Part shown: positions 36,995 through 49,710 of the stretch, piece after piece
Numbering within the stretch: position 1 is the stretch's first letter
Layout: every line of letters begins with the position of its first letter
Origin: Macrostomum lignano
Lineage: Eukaryota
Direction: 5' to 3'
Assembly (NCBI GenBank): GCA_002269645.1
Contig: NIVC01002733.1
Coordinates: 81,253-145,252 of the forward strand
DNA: 64,000 nucleotides
Notes under the pieces: model-generated
The model's input: the letters and a program-made list of their open reading frames with translations, nothing else
What the model was told of the DNA's origin: nothing
Database searches by the model: none
Program-made: the position numbers and the translations under genes

Positions 36995-38280
36995 CCTCTC
37001 TCGACCTCTTCGTCAGGGGTGAGGTGGCTGGAACGACGCGGCGTCTACTTGATGCCGGCCTTAATTTCCTCTACATGAGAGCACCTGCTAAGCGGAACCT
37101 CGTCCCGCATAGCGACCTGTGCCTCAACATTCTCAATGAGTGCCAGGCCACTAATCGCGTCTTCACCGATGGCATTGTCTCAACCCTAAACCTAAGACAA
37201 CGCTACTCCGTAGCTATCGACTCGCGCGGTACCATCAATGACCACTGGAACCCTGATGAGCTTCATTGCTACACCGATGGTTCTAAGCAGTCAGCCAACA
37301 CCGGCTTTAGTGTTGGGACCTTCCTGAACGATAGGGTCATCGCTACCCACGCTCAGTATACTGGGGTCAACTCCAGTGTCTTCCAAAATGAAGTTCTCGC
37401 CATCAACACTTGCACTGCAGAGCTCCTCGCCACTGGCGTTACCGGTAAGAACATCATTTTTCATTCGGACAGCCAAGCTGCCTTGCATGCCATCTGTGGC
37501 TGCAGCGTCAACTCTGCTACAGTCCTCGACTGTATCAAACTCCTAAAATATGTTGGGCTCCAACAACAAAATTACCCGTTAGTGGATTCCGGGGCATGTA
37601 GGGATTCGAGGGAATGAGTTAGCTGACGCCCTTGCAAAAGTTGGCGTCTCCGGCTCCCCTCTCGGGCCTGAACCCCTTGTCCCGATTCCCGGCTGTGTCA
37701 TCGACTCGCGTATCAAAGGGAGGATCAGGACCCAGCACCGCTCGGCTTGGGCGAACTGCACTACCTGCAGACAATCCAGAGGCGCTGTCCCTCAGCCCTC
37801 TCACCAGCTCCGGAAGCTCCTCTTGCGCCTCTCGCGCAGAGACATCCGGGCTGCCACCATGACCCTCTCAGGTCACGGCTGCTTCTCCAGGCAACAGTAC
37901 CTCCAGGGCAACGCCACCAACGCCATCTGCAGTTTTTGCAACTCAGATGACGAAACCGCTGAGCATTTCGTCAGCATCTGTCCCGCCTTCATGCGAGCCA
38001 GACTCACTTACCTCGGGCCACACAAGCATCAATTACTGAAGCGTGCAAATCCGAAGATTTTAAATCATCTCATGCTCTACCTCCGGGCCACCCGCAGGGC
38101 TGAACTCGATCCCTTTCAGAGAGCATCATGGCTGCTGGCGACACTGGGGGACCTCCCTGGGCGGCGCCAACCCTTCGTCCATAGCGATGCGTCGGCCGTT
38201 CAGGGATTAGCGGAATGGCCGTTCGCGCCTTCCCGCTGTCCCCCTCTGGGACATCCCTGCAGCTAAGTCAAGTAAGTCAA
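36995..38280 (+). mobile_element. 5'-truncated non-LTR retrotransposon with RNase H and C-terminal CCHC finger (I/Loa/R1-like), frameshifted
   Basis: CYTDGSK...SVFQNEVLAI...HSDSQAAL...WIPGHVGIRGNELADALAK (RNase HI), then LSGHG...CSFCNSDDETAEHFVSICP. TAAGTCAAG-repeat tail at about 38265-38281. The 5' limit is approximate. Confidence 0.9.
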
Positions 38281-38399
38281 GAGGGGGCTACAGAGAGGGA
38301 GTGGCGCTAATCTGGAAGGAGTGGTGCTAATCTGGAAGGAGTGGTGCTACTCTGAGGGAGTGCAGGTGCTAATCTTGCATTATATTAAGTATTAAGTAT

Positions 38400-39161
38400 G
38401 TTAAGTATTATATGCGTTTTTTGCGACAAAGTATCCCAAAAACGATCCTTATTTGCACGCTGAGTACCAATTTCAACCAAAAAAGAAGCATCATGTCAAA
38501 CATAAAAGAAGCATCATGTCAAACATAAAAGAAGCGTCAACTCAACCATAAAAGACTCATGGAGGAATTCCTGAGATTTCAAGACTCATGAGGGAATTGC
38601 TGAAACCTTGTTAACTCATGGGGGCGGGGCTTGCTGAGATGCCAGGGGTCAATTGGAAGTTGTTGTTAGATCGAAGGGAGAATTAGTGTTAAACCATGGC
38701 TTAAAGGGAGTCTTTGATGAGAGCTCACGGAGGGTGCTGATATCTTATAGTCTAGATAGCTGGCAGGAGCGTCGCCATGGATTTTATGATGGGGGGGACA
38801 AAACCAAGAATTCAACATGTACATGTACATCAACTAAATTTTGGCACCCCAGGCACTCCTTTTGGCGCCGCAGGCGCTATATTTTGGCACCCTGAAGAAA
38901 ATTATTGATTAACACAATGGGTCACAAGGTGGGGTGGAGGGGAGAAAGCATTGGCATGTCCGCCCCAAAGCTTTTACTGGGGGGACATGTCCCCCCCTGT
39001 CCCCGCGGTCGCGCGCGCCTGATAGCTGGCTTTCAGGCCTAATGCTTTTCTGCTTTAAATATCATTAAGATATCAACGATGGGCGACTGTGCAAAGTCAA
39101 AACCTACATGTAGTTGATTTATTCCTTTGTTTGCCTCCCCTACGGGGGCGCAAATTGCTAA
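38400..39161 (+). mobile_element. Non-autonomous Helitron-like element with a nested CAGGAGCGTCGCC element (about 38764-39024)
   Basis: Hairpin GCCTCCCCTACGGGGGCGC followed by AAATTG-CTAA|T (CTRR 39158-39161). Internal AGAAGCATCATGT and GCTGAGATGTC units are shared with 24.5-26.6 kb. Confidence 0.5.
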
Positions 39162-39966
39162 TCCAAACACTAAATTTACTTTGCAGAACTTGATATTGTT
39201 ACTGAAGTTGACATCAACGCAGTTTTATACAAAAGTGTGGAGAAACTGAGCGATTTCTGCTATAGAGTCGATTGTTCCCTATCTAAGCCTAAATTTAGGC
39301 TTCGTTTCTAAGCGAGATGGAGATCCGGTTGTGAAACTCAAATAATAAATCTAAATGTATAGCAGCTATTTTACTTGTGAGATTTTGCATCCGGGATCGG
39401 GCTACGTCAGTGCGACATGTAAAAATTAACTTGGCAACTGCAAACTCTGATATCTGACCCCGATCCAGACGCGTTCTGTGGACACTGCAAAATAAAGGAT
39501 CTACATGTAGCTATTATAAGGTCAGCTCCCTAGTTGGAAATCCGATTCCTTCGAAAGAGCTGGTTTGGCTTTGGACCAAAGATATTCGCTACCTTGGGAC
39601 AGACCATCCTGATCAGCTACTTGCTCAATCTTACTCTGCTGTCATCCTGGGTGCGTATTTCCTGAGTAGTAAAATCTTTGCCTGCCGGTGGCTTTCTGTC
39701 AACGGAACTGGCGAAATTCTTTGGCGATTCGCTTAGTCGAGATGAATGTCTTCACTTCTTGAAACGAGAGATAAGGACATAGAATTCAGCATTGCACTGT
39801 CGACTGAGTCACACGACAAATTTTAACAAACTCAAGCCTAGGGTAATCAAAAAGGACAAAGCGTTGGCGTTAGCGAAGGGCAAGTGCATTCTTGAAACTT
39901 CTGACGCTAAAACATTGTTAATTTTAACTCTCTGATTCCCGCAGAATTAAAACAGCCATCGCGATG

Positions 39967-41000
39967 TCAGTACACCTTGACGAACTTGGTCCAGCCCAGG
40001 TCGGTCTTGATGGCGTCGCCGACGCTCGAGTCAGCGAAGTCCAGCATGCGGCAGGCGCCGCTGGCCCGGTTAAACAGGACGGCCCGGCACTCCCAGCGCT
40101 GCACGCAGAGCCACAGGCAGTGAAACTTCGAGCTCACCGAGGCGTCAGTGTAGGGGGCCGTAGCCCAGCGGTAGCGCAGCTACTCTGGTGTGCCAGCGAC
40201 CCAGGCTCGATTCCAAGTGCAGTCACATTAATTTGGGGCTGAATTGGAATCTCGGCTTGGCTCTGCTCGTGCAATTAACGGCCTTGAGAGCCAACCCCCA
40301 AGGCGCAGTAAAGTGTACATGCCTAACGATAATATAAAGTTAGGGCCGCTGTACACTCCTGTGTGAGTGTGTGCCTGCGTACGTATCCGCGCGCTTGTGT
40401 GCCTGCTCAGGGGAGTCGGCGGAATGGGCAGTAATGCCTCTCGCCGGATGTGTGCCTATGTCACTTAAAGTGCGCCAGGGTGCACACAACCCCCCTGCCT
40501 CTAATAAAATAATAAAAGAGGCGTCAGTGTAGCAGTAGACAGGACTGATGTTGCCCAGCCTCAGGAACTCCGCTCGCTCCAGGTACATGTACTTGCTGTT
40601 CGGCGTCGCGATCGGCTGGCAGACGAACTGTGTACGCCCAGACCCTGGTTGGTCCCGCAAACCAGCAATGCTGACCGCTAAAAAATCATCATCTGCTGAA
40701 TAGCGGTTCGGCAAGCCAGACTTCCAGTCGCTGTCATCCAAAGTCGGAAACAGCGAGCCGTTGGCGAATCTCCAGCCGCTGCGGGACGTGCCCGCCTCAA
40801 CCAAAGGTCCGTCACTCCGATAAAGTAGTGATCAAGCCAGTGATTGATAGCTCGGATGGCAGTCAGGTCCATCAGCAGCTCTCCGCCGATGCTCAGGCAC
40901 AGTCTGGCTGCGTCGCACCAGCTGGATCGGCTGCTGCTGATGTAGATGCAGCTGCAGTTTCCTGAATCTCCAGTTTCACTTTGACACAGAGCTGCGCCCT
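39967..41000 (-). pseudogene. Lectin copy 3: SINE-disrupted, frameshifted, with a divergent N-terminus
   Basis: SINE inserted at 40154-40517; 1-bp deletion near 40804; 6-bp insertion near 40586. Upstream of SWCDAA the frame reads GAALCQSETGDSGNCSCIYISSSR instead of the family N-terminus. Confidence 0.88.
40154..40517 (+). mobile_element. Full-length tRNA-derived SINE (family A, 364 bp) with a 15-bp target-site duplication
   Basis: TSD GAGGCGTCAGTGTAG at 40139-40153 and 40518-40532; A-box-like GTAGCCCAGCGGTAGCGC; B-box GGCTCGATTCC; tail CTCTAATAAAATAATAAAA. Confidence 0.95.
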
Positions 41001-43090
41001 ATTGATGTCAATCAATTTACTGACAGAAATCAGGCCCTCCAGAAAGGGCATCTTGTCCCAGAAATAATGGAAAAGTCAGGTGCTCCTATCTGTTTCTCTA
41101 GGGGTATCGAAATCAACGTCAATCAGAACCTAAGGAAGCGTCTGAGAGTATCGGAATCGGTCCAGAAAGGATCCTATCCAATGCCTTAGGAATAAGGAGA
41201 CCTGTAATTGAGGAATTGACGAAAATCGGTTTATCAATGATAGGCCCATAACAACTCTGCTCTTGATAATCAACTAACAAATTAAGACTCACAAAAGGCT
41301 TATCGAATGGCATGATTTTGTATGCTGAGAGATGCAGTCCCGGTAGCATTCTTCCTCTCTTTCAGTCTTTCTTGGGACTGCTCCGAGTCTGAGGTTTTCG
41401 GGCTCTTCGAGCGTTTGTATTAAGGAAACTTTTGCAAAAACACAAGTTTATTTCAGTTTAGTTTGATGGGGTAAAAACACCAATTCTCAGGAATTTGAGC
41501 CTTTGAAAGTTAAATAGCATTTTAGTTAGCGCACAATGGGGTGCGAAGACACTGTTTACCCAACGAGCATTTGGTGTCGTGATTCGTTTTTACGCTCTAA
41601 GGGGTTATCTTGGTTCATCTCTTGCGTCATACATAGCAACGTGTTTCATACTTTTAATTTTCCTGCATATGTTTAGGTTTATTCTACTTATAGTAGCATT
41701 TTATGAATGATCAACACTCTATACACAATCAGTTAAACAAAAATTCGAACGATTTCTTAGTAATTCGATGGAGAATTTAGAAAATTTTTGCAGTTCCCGA
41801 AAACGCCGAATATCCCTGAACACCCCCAGCCTACAGGACACCGCACTGGTCTGTAGTTCGATAGCAAATCTACATTCTGACAGATCATAAATGGCTTTTA
41901 GCGTATAAAATTTTAGTCGTGAAAGTTTTGTAGCTCATCGCTATATTGTCTCACGAATGAATCAACCTGTCTGCCTTCTCCATAAGTCAGTAAACAGTGA
42001 GTTCTAGTTTCTTAGCTAGCTAACCTGGCGAAAAGTTACAGAAAGCTTTTACCATGGCTTTGAAAACTTCATCAGTCTAGTCAGTGTCTCCTTTGTACTG
42101 CCTATCCATCTCCCACGGCTAGCAGTTCAATGGAAGAAATGTGGTGGAATTGAGAACCTTACCAAAAGCAAGTATTTACAGTAAAACAGCTAATGGACGA
42201 CAATGCAACATTGTCAATAATCGAGGGAAAGCCAAGCCAATATGGTTGTCTACCACTAGTCTTGCTTAGACATTGATGGATCGCAATGGCTGGAATTGTC
42301 TACCTGAGTGATATCGAAACCCATCATGTCGAAAATCATTCCCAGTTGGCGCACATGTTACATTAACCCATTTGAATAGATTGATTTTTTGACGCACAAG
42401 GGAAAATAAATTAGGAAGTATCACAGCAGATAAGTGGAGAGGATGTCACTCACCTACAATCGCCATGATGACGACTATGCTAAGTCAAACTGGAACCAGC
42501 AAAAACAATGCAACCAAAATAGCTGTTTCTGACGATGACGCTCGCAAACCTGACTCTAACAGCATGCCAAATATTGAGCTAAATGGTTTGGGAAAATGGT
42601 TTCTCATTGGAACAAAATCACCAGTAAATTTATTAGCAAGAGTAGCCAAAGAAGTAGAGCCTCTGTGTCCTGCATTCGTGCCATGCAATTTAACACTACG
42701 TACGCCACTACGTACGATAGTGAATACATTCCTGATGATGAGATACACGTCTGAGGAATAGGCATAACTGCTGCCTATTGGATGACATTTCGCTACACTG
42801 ATGATAAAAATGAGAATGTATAAGCATTGATTAATCCATTGCAAAATGTGTTTGCAAATCATTTTGATGAATAAAAGCTTTCTAAAAACTAATAAATTTA
42901 GCCCACTTTCACTTGTGACCGGGTACAGGGATTATTTTCCCATTTTCGAGATCGTATATTTCAGTTCTATCGAACAATAAAAAAGATACATTGAATCGCA
43001 AGCTGCAAAGTACATAAGGAATACGCAAACTCCTTCTCAGCTTAATTACGAGCGTAAATTGTTTCAAAAGATTTTTTTCTTAATCATCTG

Positions 43091-43795
43091 TCAGTACTTC
43101 TTGACGAACTTGGCCCAGCTCGGGTCGGTCTCGATGGCATCGCCGACGCTCGAGTCAGCGAAGTCCAGCATGCGGCAGGCGCCGCTGGCCCGGTTGAACA
43201 GGACGGCCCGGCACTCCCAGCGCTGCACGCAGAGCCACAGGCAGCGAAGCTCCGAGCTCACCGAGGCGTCAGTGTAGCAGTAGACAGGACTGATGTTGCC
43301 CAGCCTCAGGAACTCCGCTCGTCGAAGGTATTCGCTGTTCGGCGTCGCGATGGCCTGGCAGACGAATGTTTTGTCCCATTTCGGGGGTCTGTCTATCAAG
43401 CCCGCTTTGCTGACCGCTACAAAGTCATCGTCTTCCGAAAGGCGGTTCGGCAAGCCAGACTTCCAGTCGCTGTCATCCAAAGCCGGAAACAACGAGCCGT
43501 TGGCGAATCTCCAGCCGCTGCGAGACGTGCCCGCCTCAACCAGGAGGTCCGTCACTCCGATGTAGTAATAATCAATCCAGTGATTGACGGCTCGGATGGC
43601 AGTCAGGTCCATCAGCAGCTCTCCGCCGATGCCCAGGCACAGTCTGGCTGCGTCGCACCAGCTGGAAACGCTGGGGTTGTTGCCGATGAAGACGCAGCTG
43701 CCCAGCCTGTCGATGAACGGAGCGACGCAGGCGGCAGAGGCGATGGCTGCCAGTCCCGCAAACAGCGTCAGCTTGAGCAGCTGCTTCGGTAGCAT
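43091..43795 (-). CDS. C-type lectin + PAN/apple protein, copy 4 (234 aa)
   Basis: Intact ORF; loop variant RLSEDDDFVAVSKAGLIDRPPKWDKTF. Confidence 0.85.
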   Translation of the reverse strand: MLPKQLLKLTLFAGLAAIASAACVAPFIDRLGSCVFIGNNPSVSSWCDAARLCLGIGGELLMDLTAIRAVNHWIDYYYIGVTDLLVEAGTSRSGWRFANGSLFPALDDSDWKSGLPNRLSEDDDFVAVSKAGLIDRPPKWDKTFVCQAIATPNSEYLRRAEFLRLGNISPVYCYTDASVSSELRCLWLCVQRWECRAVLFNRASGACRMLDFADSSVGDAIETDPSWAKFVKKY

Positions 43796-44239
43796 CAGCG
43801 AGTCTCAAGTCGGTCAGCTTGGAGCAGCTTAATTTGTGAGCAATTTGAAATATTCTTGGTTGCAAACTAGTGGTATTTCTGCAAAATGTGAGGTTAAATC
43901 CACAGTCAGTCTGCACGCTTGGATTTATAGAGAGCTGCAGCCAATCACTCGTAGCCAACCAATCGTCCAGTGCAGCAGCGCCGACTTCGGAGACTGGCTT
44001 TGAAAGGCGCCCAATAGGTTTCCCAGCATTCTCGTATCTACATGTAGCTGTGAAGCAAGTAAAGAAATTGAATTCTGTATTTTATTGAGTTAGAAATTTT
44101 GTAGGACGCAAGTCCTAAAAGTGCGAACTAGAAAAATATGCTCAACAACAATCGAAACTGCTACCCTTCAAGCAAATCGGCATATTTCGCACTTCTATCT
44201 GCGAGTGACGCAACTTACAGCACGCTGAAGTCAATACGA

Positions 44240-44600
44240 ACACACCCTCCATTGGCACTCTACGAACACACTTTCCATTGGCACTCTACGAACACACCCT
44301 CCATTGGCACTCTACGAACACACTTTCCATTGGCACTCTACGAACACACCCTCCATTGGCACTCTACGAGCACACCCTCCATTGGCACTCTACGAACACA
44401 CCCTCCATTGGCACTCTACGAACACACTTTTCATTGGCACTCTACGAACACACTTTCCATTGGCACTCTACGAACACACTTTCCATTGGCACTCTACGAA
44501 CACACCCTCCATTGGCACTCTACGAGCACACCCTCCATTGGCACTCTACGAACACACCCTCCATTGGCACTCTACGAGCGCACCCTCCATCAGCACTCCA
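44240..44600 (+). repeat. 26-bp minisatellite (CACACCCTCCATTGGCACTCTACGAA), about 14 copies
   Basis: Period 26; shares the core CCCTCCATTGGCACTCTAC with the 20-bp array at 18.2-19.8 kb. Confidence 0.96.
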
Positions 44601-45788
44601 TGAACTGTTGTGTTTTTCGCTTCTTTGATGAACCAAATTGAATTCGTGAAGACAAACTACTGCGAGTTGGAAAACTCAATATGAGAGCTCTTGGCTCTCT
44701 AGTGCGCTTGTATATTTTCACCTAACGATCGCTGGTTTAAAGCCCCATTGCCTGTATAGTGCGACTCCTCAGCATGTCTATGCGAAATATCTTGCAACAA
44801 TACAATGCATATTAGCTATCAGTGCCACAACACCTCCTTCCCTCCTTGAATCGGATGAGTGTGCTGACTGTCAAAAAAATCACTGCTTCTATGTACTCAT
44901 AGTGCTGATGCCTTGTTGGGGGGAGCCGATTGAGCCATAGACGAATCAGCACATCCGTTTTCCTGCTGCCGATACTCGGAAGTTGCAGTTGCAGTTGCCA
45001 TAGAACCTTTTCGTGCACTTCCGGGTTGTCTTGTGAACCTGCTGCCAATGTTTCACCAGACTGACCGGATCCGCTCGATTCCACATCCGCTCCTGTGGAT
45101 TCAGTTGCACCTTGGTTGCACGAACGAAATCGCTGGACACAGACACAGCTCTCTCTCTGAGGCAGGCTCCTTGGCAGCACGACCCTGCAGAGTCCTCGCA
45201 GAAATCGATTTCCCTGAGTTGTCAATTCATTCAAAATCGCTTTATGGCTGCGGTTTCGGCTGTCACGAAATTGACCAATTCGGATTTGCGTTCTTTAATA
45301 ATTTGATTTCTTCGCTGGACCTCGAACGTAAAAATATATCTGCTTGCGTTAAGAGCGTCCTTTCTGAAAACTGAACAACGCCAATCTCGCACGTCTCTGT
45401 TGACGTAGCCGTGTCCATCAGCCTTGAAAAAGCATCCAACTTCATAGCAGCTGATTTCCTAGAGGCGATTGTGTAGTTGTATCCCGACAAGATGATCGCC
45501 CATCTCTGGGGTCTGGCTGGTATACGCTCTGGAAGTTGCTTTGACTGCCCGAAAATGAACCAAAGCCGAAACGACTTAAGGACTATTTAATTCCTTGATA
45601 ATAAACTATCTAGCTAACGATTTGCACAACTTGTTTCTGGTTTCATCTAAGGCTTAAGGTCTGGGGGCCGTTTCGTATCCCGAGTTAAATCAAAAGCAGA
45701 ATTTCAACTATTGGTACGACAAATTAAGGCATAACATAATCAAGTGCAAATTTGACTGATTCGAACACGTAATGCTTGTAATGTCTGC

Positions 45789-48700
45789 ACAGTGTTCAGT
45801 GAGGTGTCTGCACTGGGGTTCAGTGAGGTGTCTGCACAGTGTTCAGTGAGGTGTCTGCATTGGGGTTCAGTGAGGTGTCTGCACTGGGGTTCAGTGAGGT
45901 GCCTGCACTGGGGTTCAGTGAGGTGTCTGCACTGGGGTTCAGTGAGGTGTCTGCACTGGGGTTCAGTGAGGTGTCTGCACTGGGGTTCAGTGAGGTGTCT
46001 GCACAGTGTTCAGTGAGGTGTCTGCATTGGGGTTCAGTGAGGTGTCTGCACTGGGGTTCAGTGAGGTGCCTGCACTGGGGTTCAGTGAGGTGTCTGCACT
46101 GGGGTTCAGTGAGGTGCCTGCACTGGGGTTCAGTGAGGTGTCTGCACAGTGTTCAGTGAGGTGCCTGCACAGTGCTCAGTGAGGTGCCTGCACTGGGGTT
46201 CAGTGAGGTGTCTGCACTGGGGTTCAGTGAGGTGCCTGCACTGGGGTTCAGTGAGGTGTCTGCACAGTGTTCAGTGAGGTGCCTGCACAGTGCTCAGTGA
46301 GGTGCCTGCACTGGGGTTCAGTGAGGTGTCTGCACTGGGGTTCAGTGAGGTGTCTGCACTGGGGTTCAGTGAGGTGTCTGCACTGGGGTTCAGTGAGGTG
46401 TCTGCACTGGGGTTCAGTGAGGTGCCTGCACTGGGGTTTCAGTGAGATGCCTGCACTGGGGTTCAGTGAGGTGTCTGCACTGGGGTTCAGTGGGGTGTCT
46501 GCACTGGGGTTCAGTGAGGTGCCTGCACTGGGGTTCAGTGAGGTGTCTGCACAGTGTTCAGTGAGGTGCCTGCACAGTGCTCAGTGAGGTGCCTGCACTG
46601 GGGTTCAGTGAGGTGTCTGCACTGGGGTTCAGTGAGGTGTCTGCACTGGGGTTCAGTGAGGTGTCTGCACTGGGGTTCAGTGAGGTGTCTGCACTGGGGT
46701 TCAGTGAGGTGCCTGCACTGGGGTTTCAGTGAGATGCCTGCACTGGGGTTCAGTGAGGTGTCTGCACTGGGGTTCAGTGAGGTGTCTGCACTGGGGTTCA
46801 GTGAGGTGCCTGCACTGGGGTTCAGTGAGGTGTCTGCACAGTGTTCAGTGAGGTGCCTGCACAGTGCTCAGTGAGGTGCCTGCACTGGGGTTCAGTGAGG
46901 TGTCTGCACTGGGGTTCAGTGAGGTGTCTGCACTGGGGTTCAGTGAGGTGCCTGCACTGGGGTTTCAGTGAGATGCCTGCACTGGGGTTCAGTGAGGTGT
47001 CTGCACTGGGGTTCAGTGAGGTGTCTGCACTGGGGTTCAGTGAGGTGCCTGCACTGGGGTTCAGTGAGGTGTCTGCACAGTGTTCAGTGAGGTGCCTGCA
47101 CAGTGCTCAGTGAGGTGCCTGCACTGGGGTTCAGTGAGGTGTCTGCACTGGGGTTCAGTGAGGTGTCTGCACTGGGGTTCAGTGAGGTGTCTGCACTGGG
47201 GTTCAGTGAGGTGTCTGCACTGGGGTTCAGTGAGGTGCCTGCACTGGGGTTTCAGTGAGATGCCTGCACTGGGGTTCAGTGAGGTGTCTGCACTGGGGTT
47301 CAGTGAGGTGTCTGCACTGGGGTTCAGTGAGGTGCCTGCACTGGGGTTCAGTGAGGTGTCTGCACAGTGTTCAGTGAGGTGCCTGCACAGTGCTCAGTGA
47401 GGTGCCTGCACTGGGGTTCAGTGAGGTGTCTGCACTGGGGTTCAGTGAGGTGTCTGCACTGGGGTTCAGTGAGGTGCCTGCACTGGGGTTCAGTGAGGTG
47501 TCTGCACTGGGTTCAGTGAGGTGTCTGCACTGGGTTCAGTGAGGTGTCTGCACTGGGGTTCAGTGGTGCCTGCACTGGGGTTCAGTGAGGTATCTGCATT
47601 GGGGTTCAGTGAGGTGTCTGCATTGGGTTTCAGTGAGATGCCTGCACTGGGGTTCAGTGAGGTGTCTGCACTGGGGTTCAGTGAGGTGTCTGCACTGGGG
47701 TTCAGTGAGGTGCCTGCACTGGGGTTTCAGTGAGATGCCTGCACTGAGGTTCAGTGAGGTGTCTGCACTGGGTTTCAGTGAGGTGCCTGCACTGGGGTTC
47801 AGTGAGGTGCCTGCACTGGGGTTCAGTTGTGTCTGCACTGGGGTTCAGTGAGGTGTCTGCACTGGGATTCAGTGAGGTGTCTGCACTGGGGTTCAGTGAG
47901 GTATCTGCATTGGGGTTCAGTGAGGTATCTGCATTGGGGTTCAGTGAGGTGCCTGCACTGGGGTTCAGTGAGGTGTCTGCACAGTGTTCAGTGAGGTGCC
48001 TGCACAGTGCTCAGTGAGGTGCCTGCACTGGGGTTCAGTGAGGTGTCTGCACTGGGGTTCAGTGAGGTGTCTGCACTGGGGTTCAGTGAGGTGTCTGCAC
48101 TGGGGTTCAGTGAGGTGTCTGCACTGGGGTTCAGTGAGGTGCCTGCACTGGGGTTTCAGTGAGATGCCTGCACTGGGGTTCAGTGAGGTGTCTGCACTGG
48201 GGTTCAGTGAGGTGTCTGCACTGGGGTTCAGTGAGGTGCCTGCACTGGGGTTCAGTGAGGTGTCTGCACAGTGTTCAGTGAGGTGCCTGCACAGTGCTCA
48301 GTGAGGTGCCTGCACTGGGGTTCAGTGAGGTGTCTGCACTGGGGTTCAGTGAGGTGTCTGCACTGGGGTTCAGTGAGGTGCCTGCACTGGGGTTTCAGTG
48401 AGATGCCTGCACTGGGGTTCAGTGAGGTGTCTGCACTGGGGTTCAGTGAGGTGTCTGCACTGGGGTTCAGTGAGGTGCCTGCACTGGGGTTTCAGTGAGA
48501 TGCCTGCACTGAGGTTCAGTGAGGTGTCTGCACTGGGTTTCAGTGAGGTGCCTGCACTGGGGTTCAGTGAGGTGCCTGCACTGGGGTTCAGTTGTGTCTG
48601 CACTGGGGTTCAGTGAGGTGTCTGCACTGGGATTCAGTGAGGTGTCTGCACTGGGGTTCAGTGAGGTATCTGCATTGGGGTTCAGTGAGGTATCTGCATT

Positions 48701-49710
48701 GGGGTTCAGTGAGGTGCCTGCACTGGGGTTCAGTGAGGTGTCTGCATTGGGGTTCAGTGAGGTGTCTGCACTGGGGTTCAGTGAGGTGTCTGCACTGGGT
48801 TCAGTGAGGTGTCTGCACTGGGTTCAGTGAGGTGTCTGCACTGGGGTTCAGTGGTGCCTGCACTGGGGTTCAGTGAGGTATCTGCATTGGGGTTCAGTGA
48901 GGTGTCTGCATTGGGTTTCAGTGAGATGCCTGCACTGGGGTTCAGTGAGGTGTCTGCACTGGGGTTCAGTGAGGTGTCTGCACTGGGGTTCAGTGAGGTG
49001 CCTGCACTGGGGTTTCAGTGAGATGCCTGCACTGAGGTTCAGTGAGGTGTCTGCACTGGGTTTCAGTGAGGTGCCTGCACTGGGGTTCAGTGAGGTGCCT
49101 GCACTGGGGTTCAGTTGTGTCTGCACTGGGGTTCAGTGAGGTGTCTGCACTGGGATTCAGTGAGGTGTCTGCACTGGGGTTCAGTGAGGTATCTGCATTG
49201 GGGTTCAGTGAGGTATCTGCATTGGGGTTCAGTGAGGTGCCTGCACTGGGGTTCAGTGAGGTGTCTGCATTGGGGTTCAGTGAGGTGTCTGCACTGGGGT
49301 TCAGTGAGGTGTCTGCACTGGGTTCAGTGAGGTGTCTGCACTGGGTTCAGTGAGGTGTCTGCACTGGGGTTCAGTGGTGCCTGCACTGGGGTTCAGTGAG
49401 GTATCTGCATTGGGGTTCAGTGAGGTATCTGCATTGGGGTTCAGTGAGGTGCCTGCACTGGGGTTCAGTGAGGTGACTGCATTGGGGTTCAGTGGTGTCT
49501 GCATTGGGGTTCAGTGAGGTGCCTGCACTGGGGTTCAGCGAGTTGTCTGCACTGGGGTTCAGTGAGGTGTCTGCACTGGGGTTTCAGTGAGGTGCCTGCA
49601 CTGGGGTTCAGTGAGGTGTCTGCACTGGGGTTCAGTGAGGTGCCTGCACTGGGTTTCAGTGAGGTGTCTGCACTGGGGTTCAGTGAGGTGCCTGCACTGA
49701 GGTTCAGTCA
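45789..49710 (+). repeat. 24-bp satellite (CAGTGAGGTGTCTGCACTGGGGTT), about 160 copies, with higher-order structure
   Basis: Period 24 with 23/25-bp variants. Identical ORF-track translations recur at 287-bp (46267/46554/46841; 47984/48271), 523-bp and 1288-bp offsets. Confidence 0.98.

Noticed and set aside
42465-42862. Hydrophobic ORF 42485-42862 as a membrane protein
   Set aside because: No recognisable motif or splice context; the surrounding frame is broken.
44812-45500. ORFs upstream of the 24-bp satellite
   Set aside because: Short, overlapping on both strands, with no identifiable domain.
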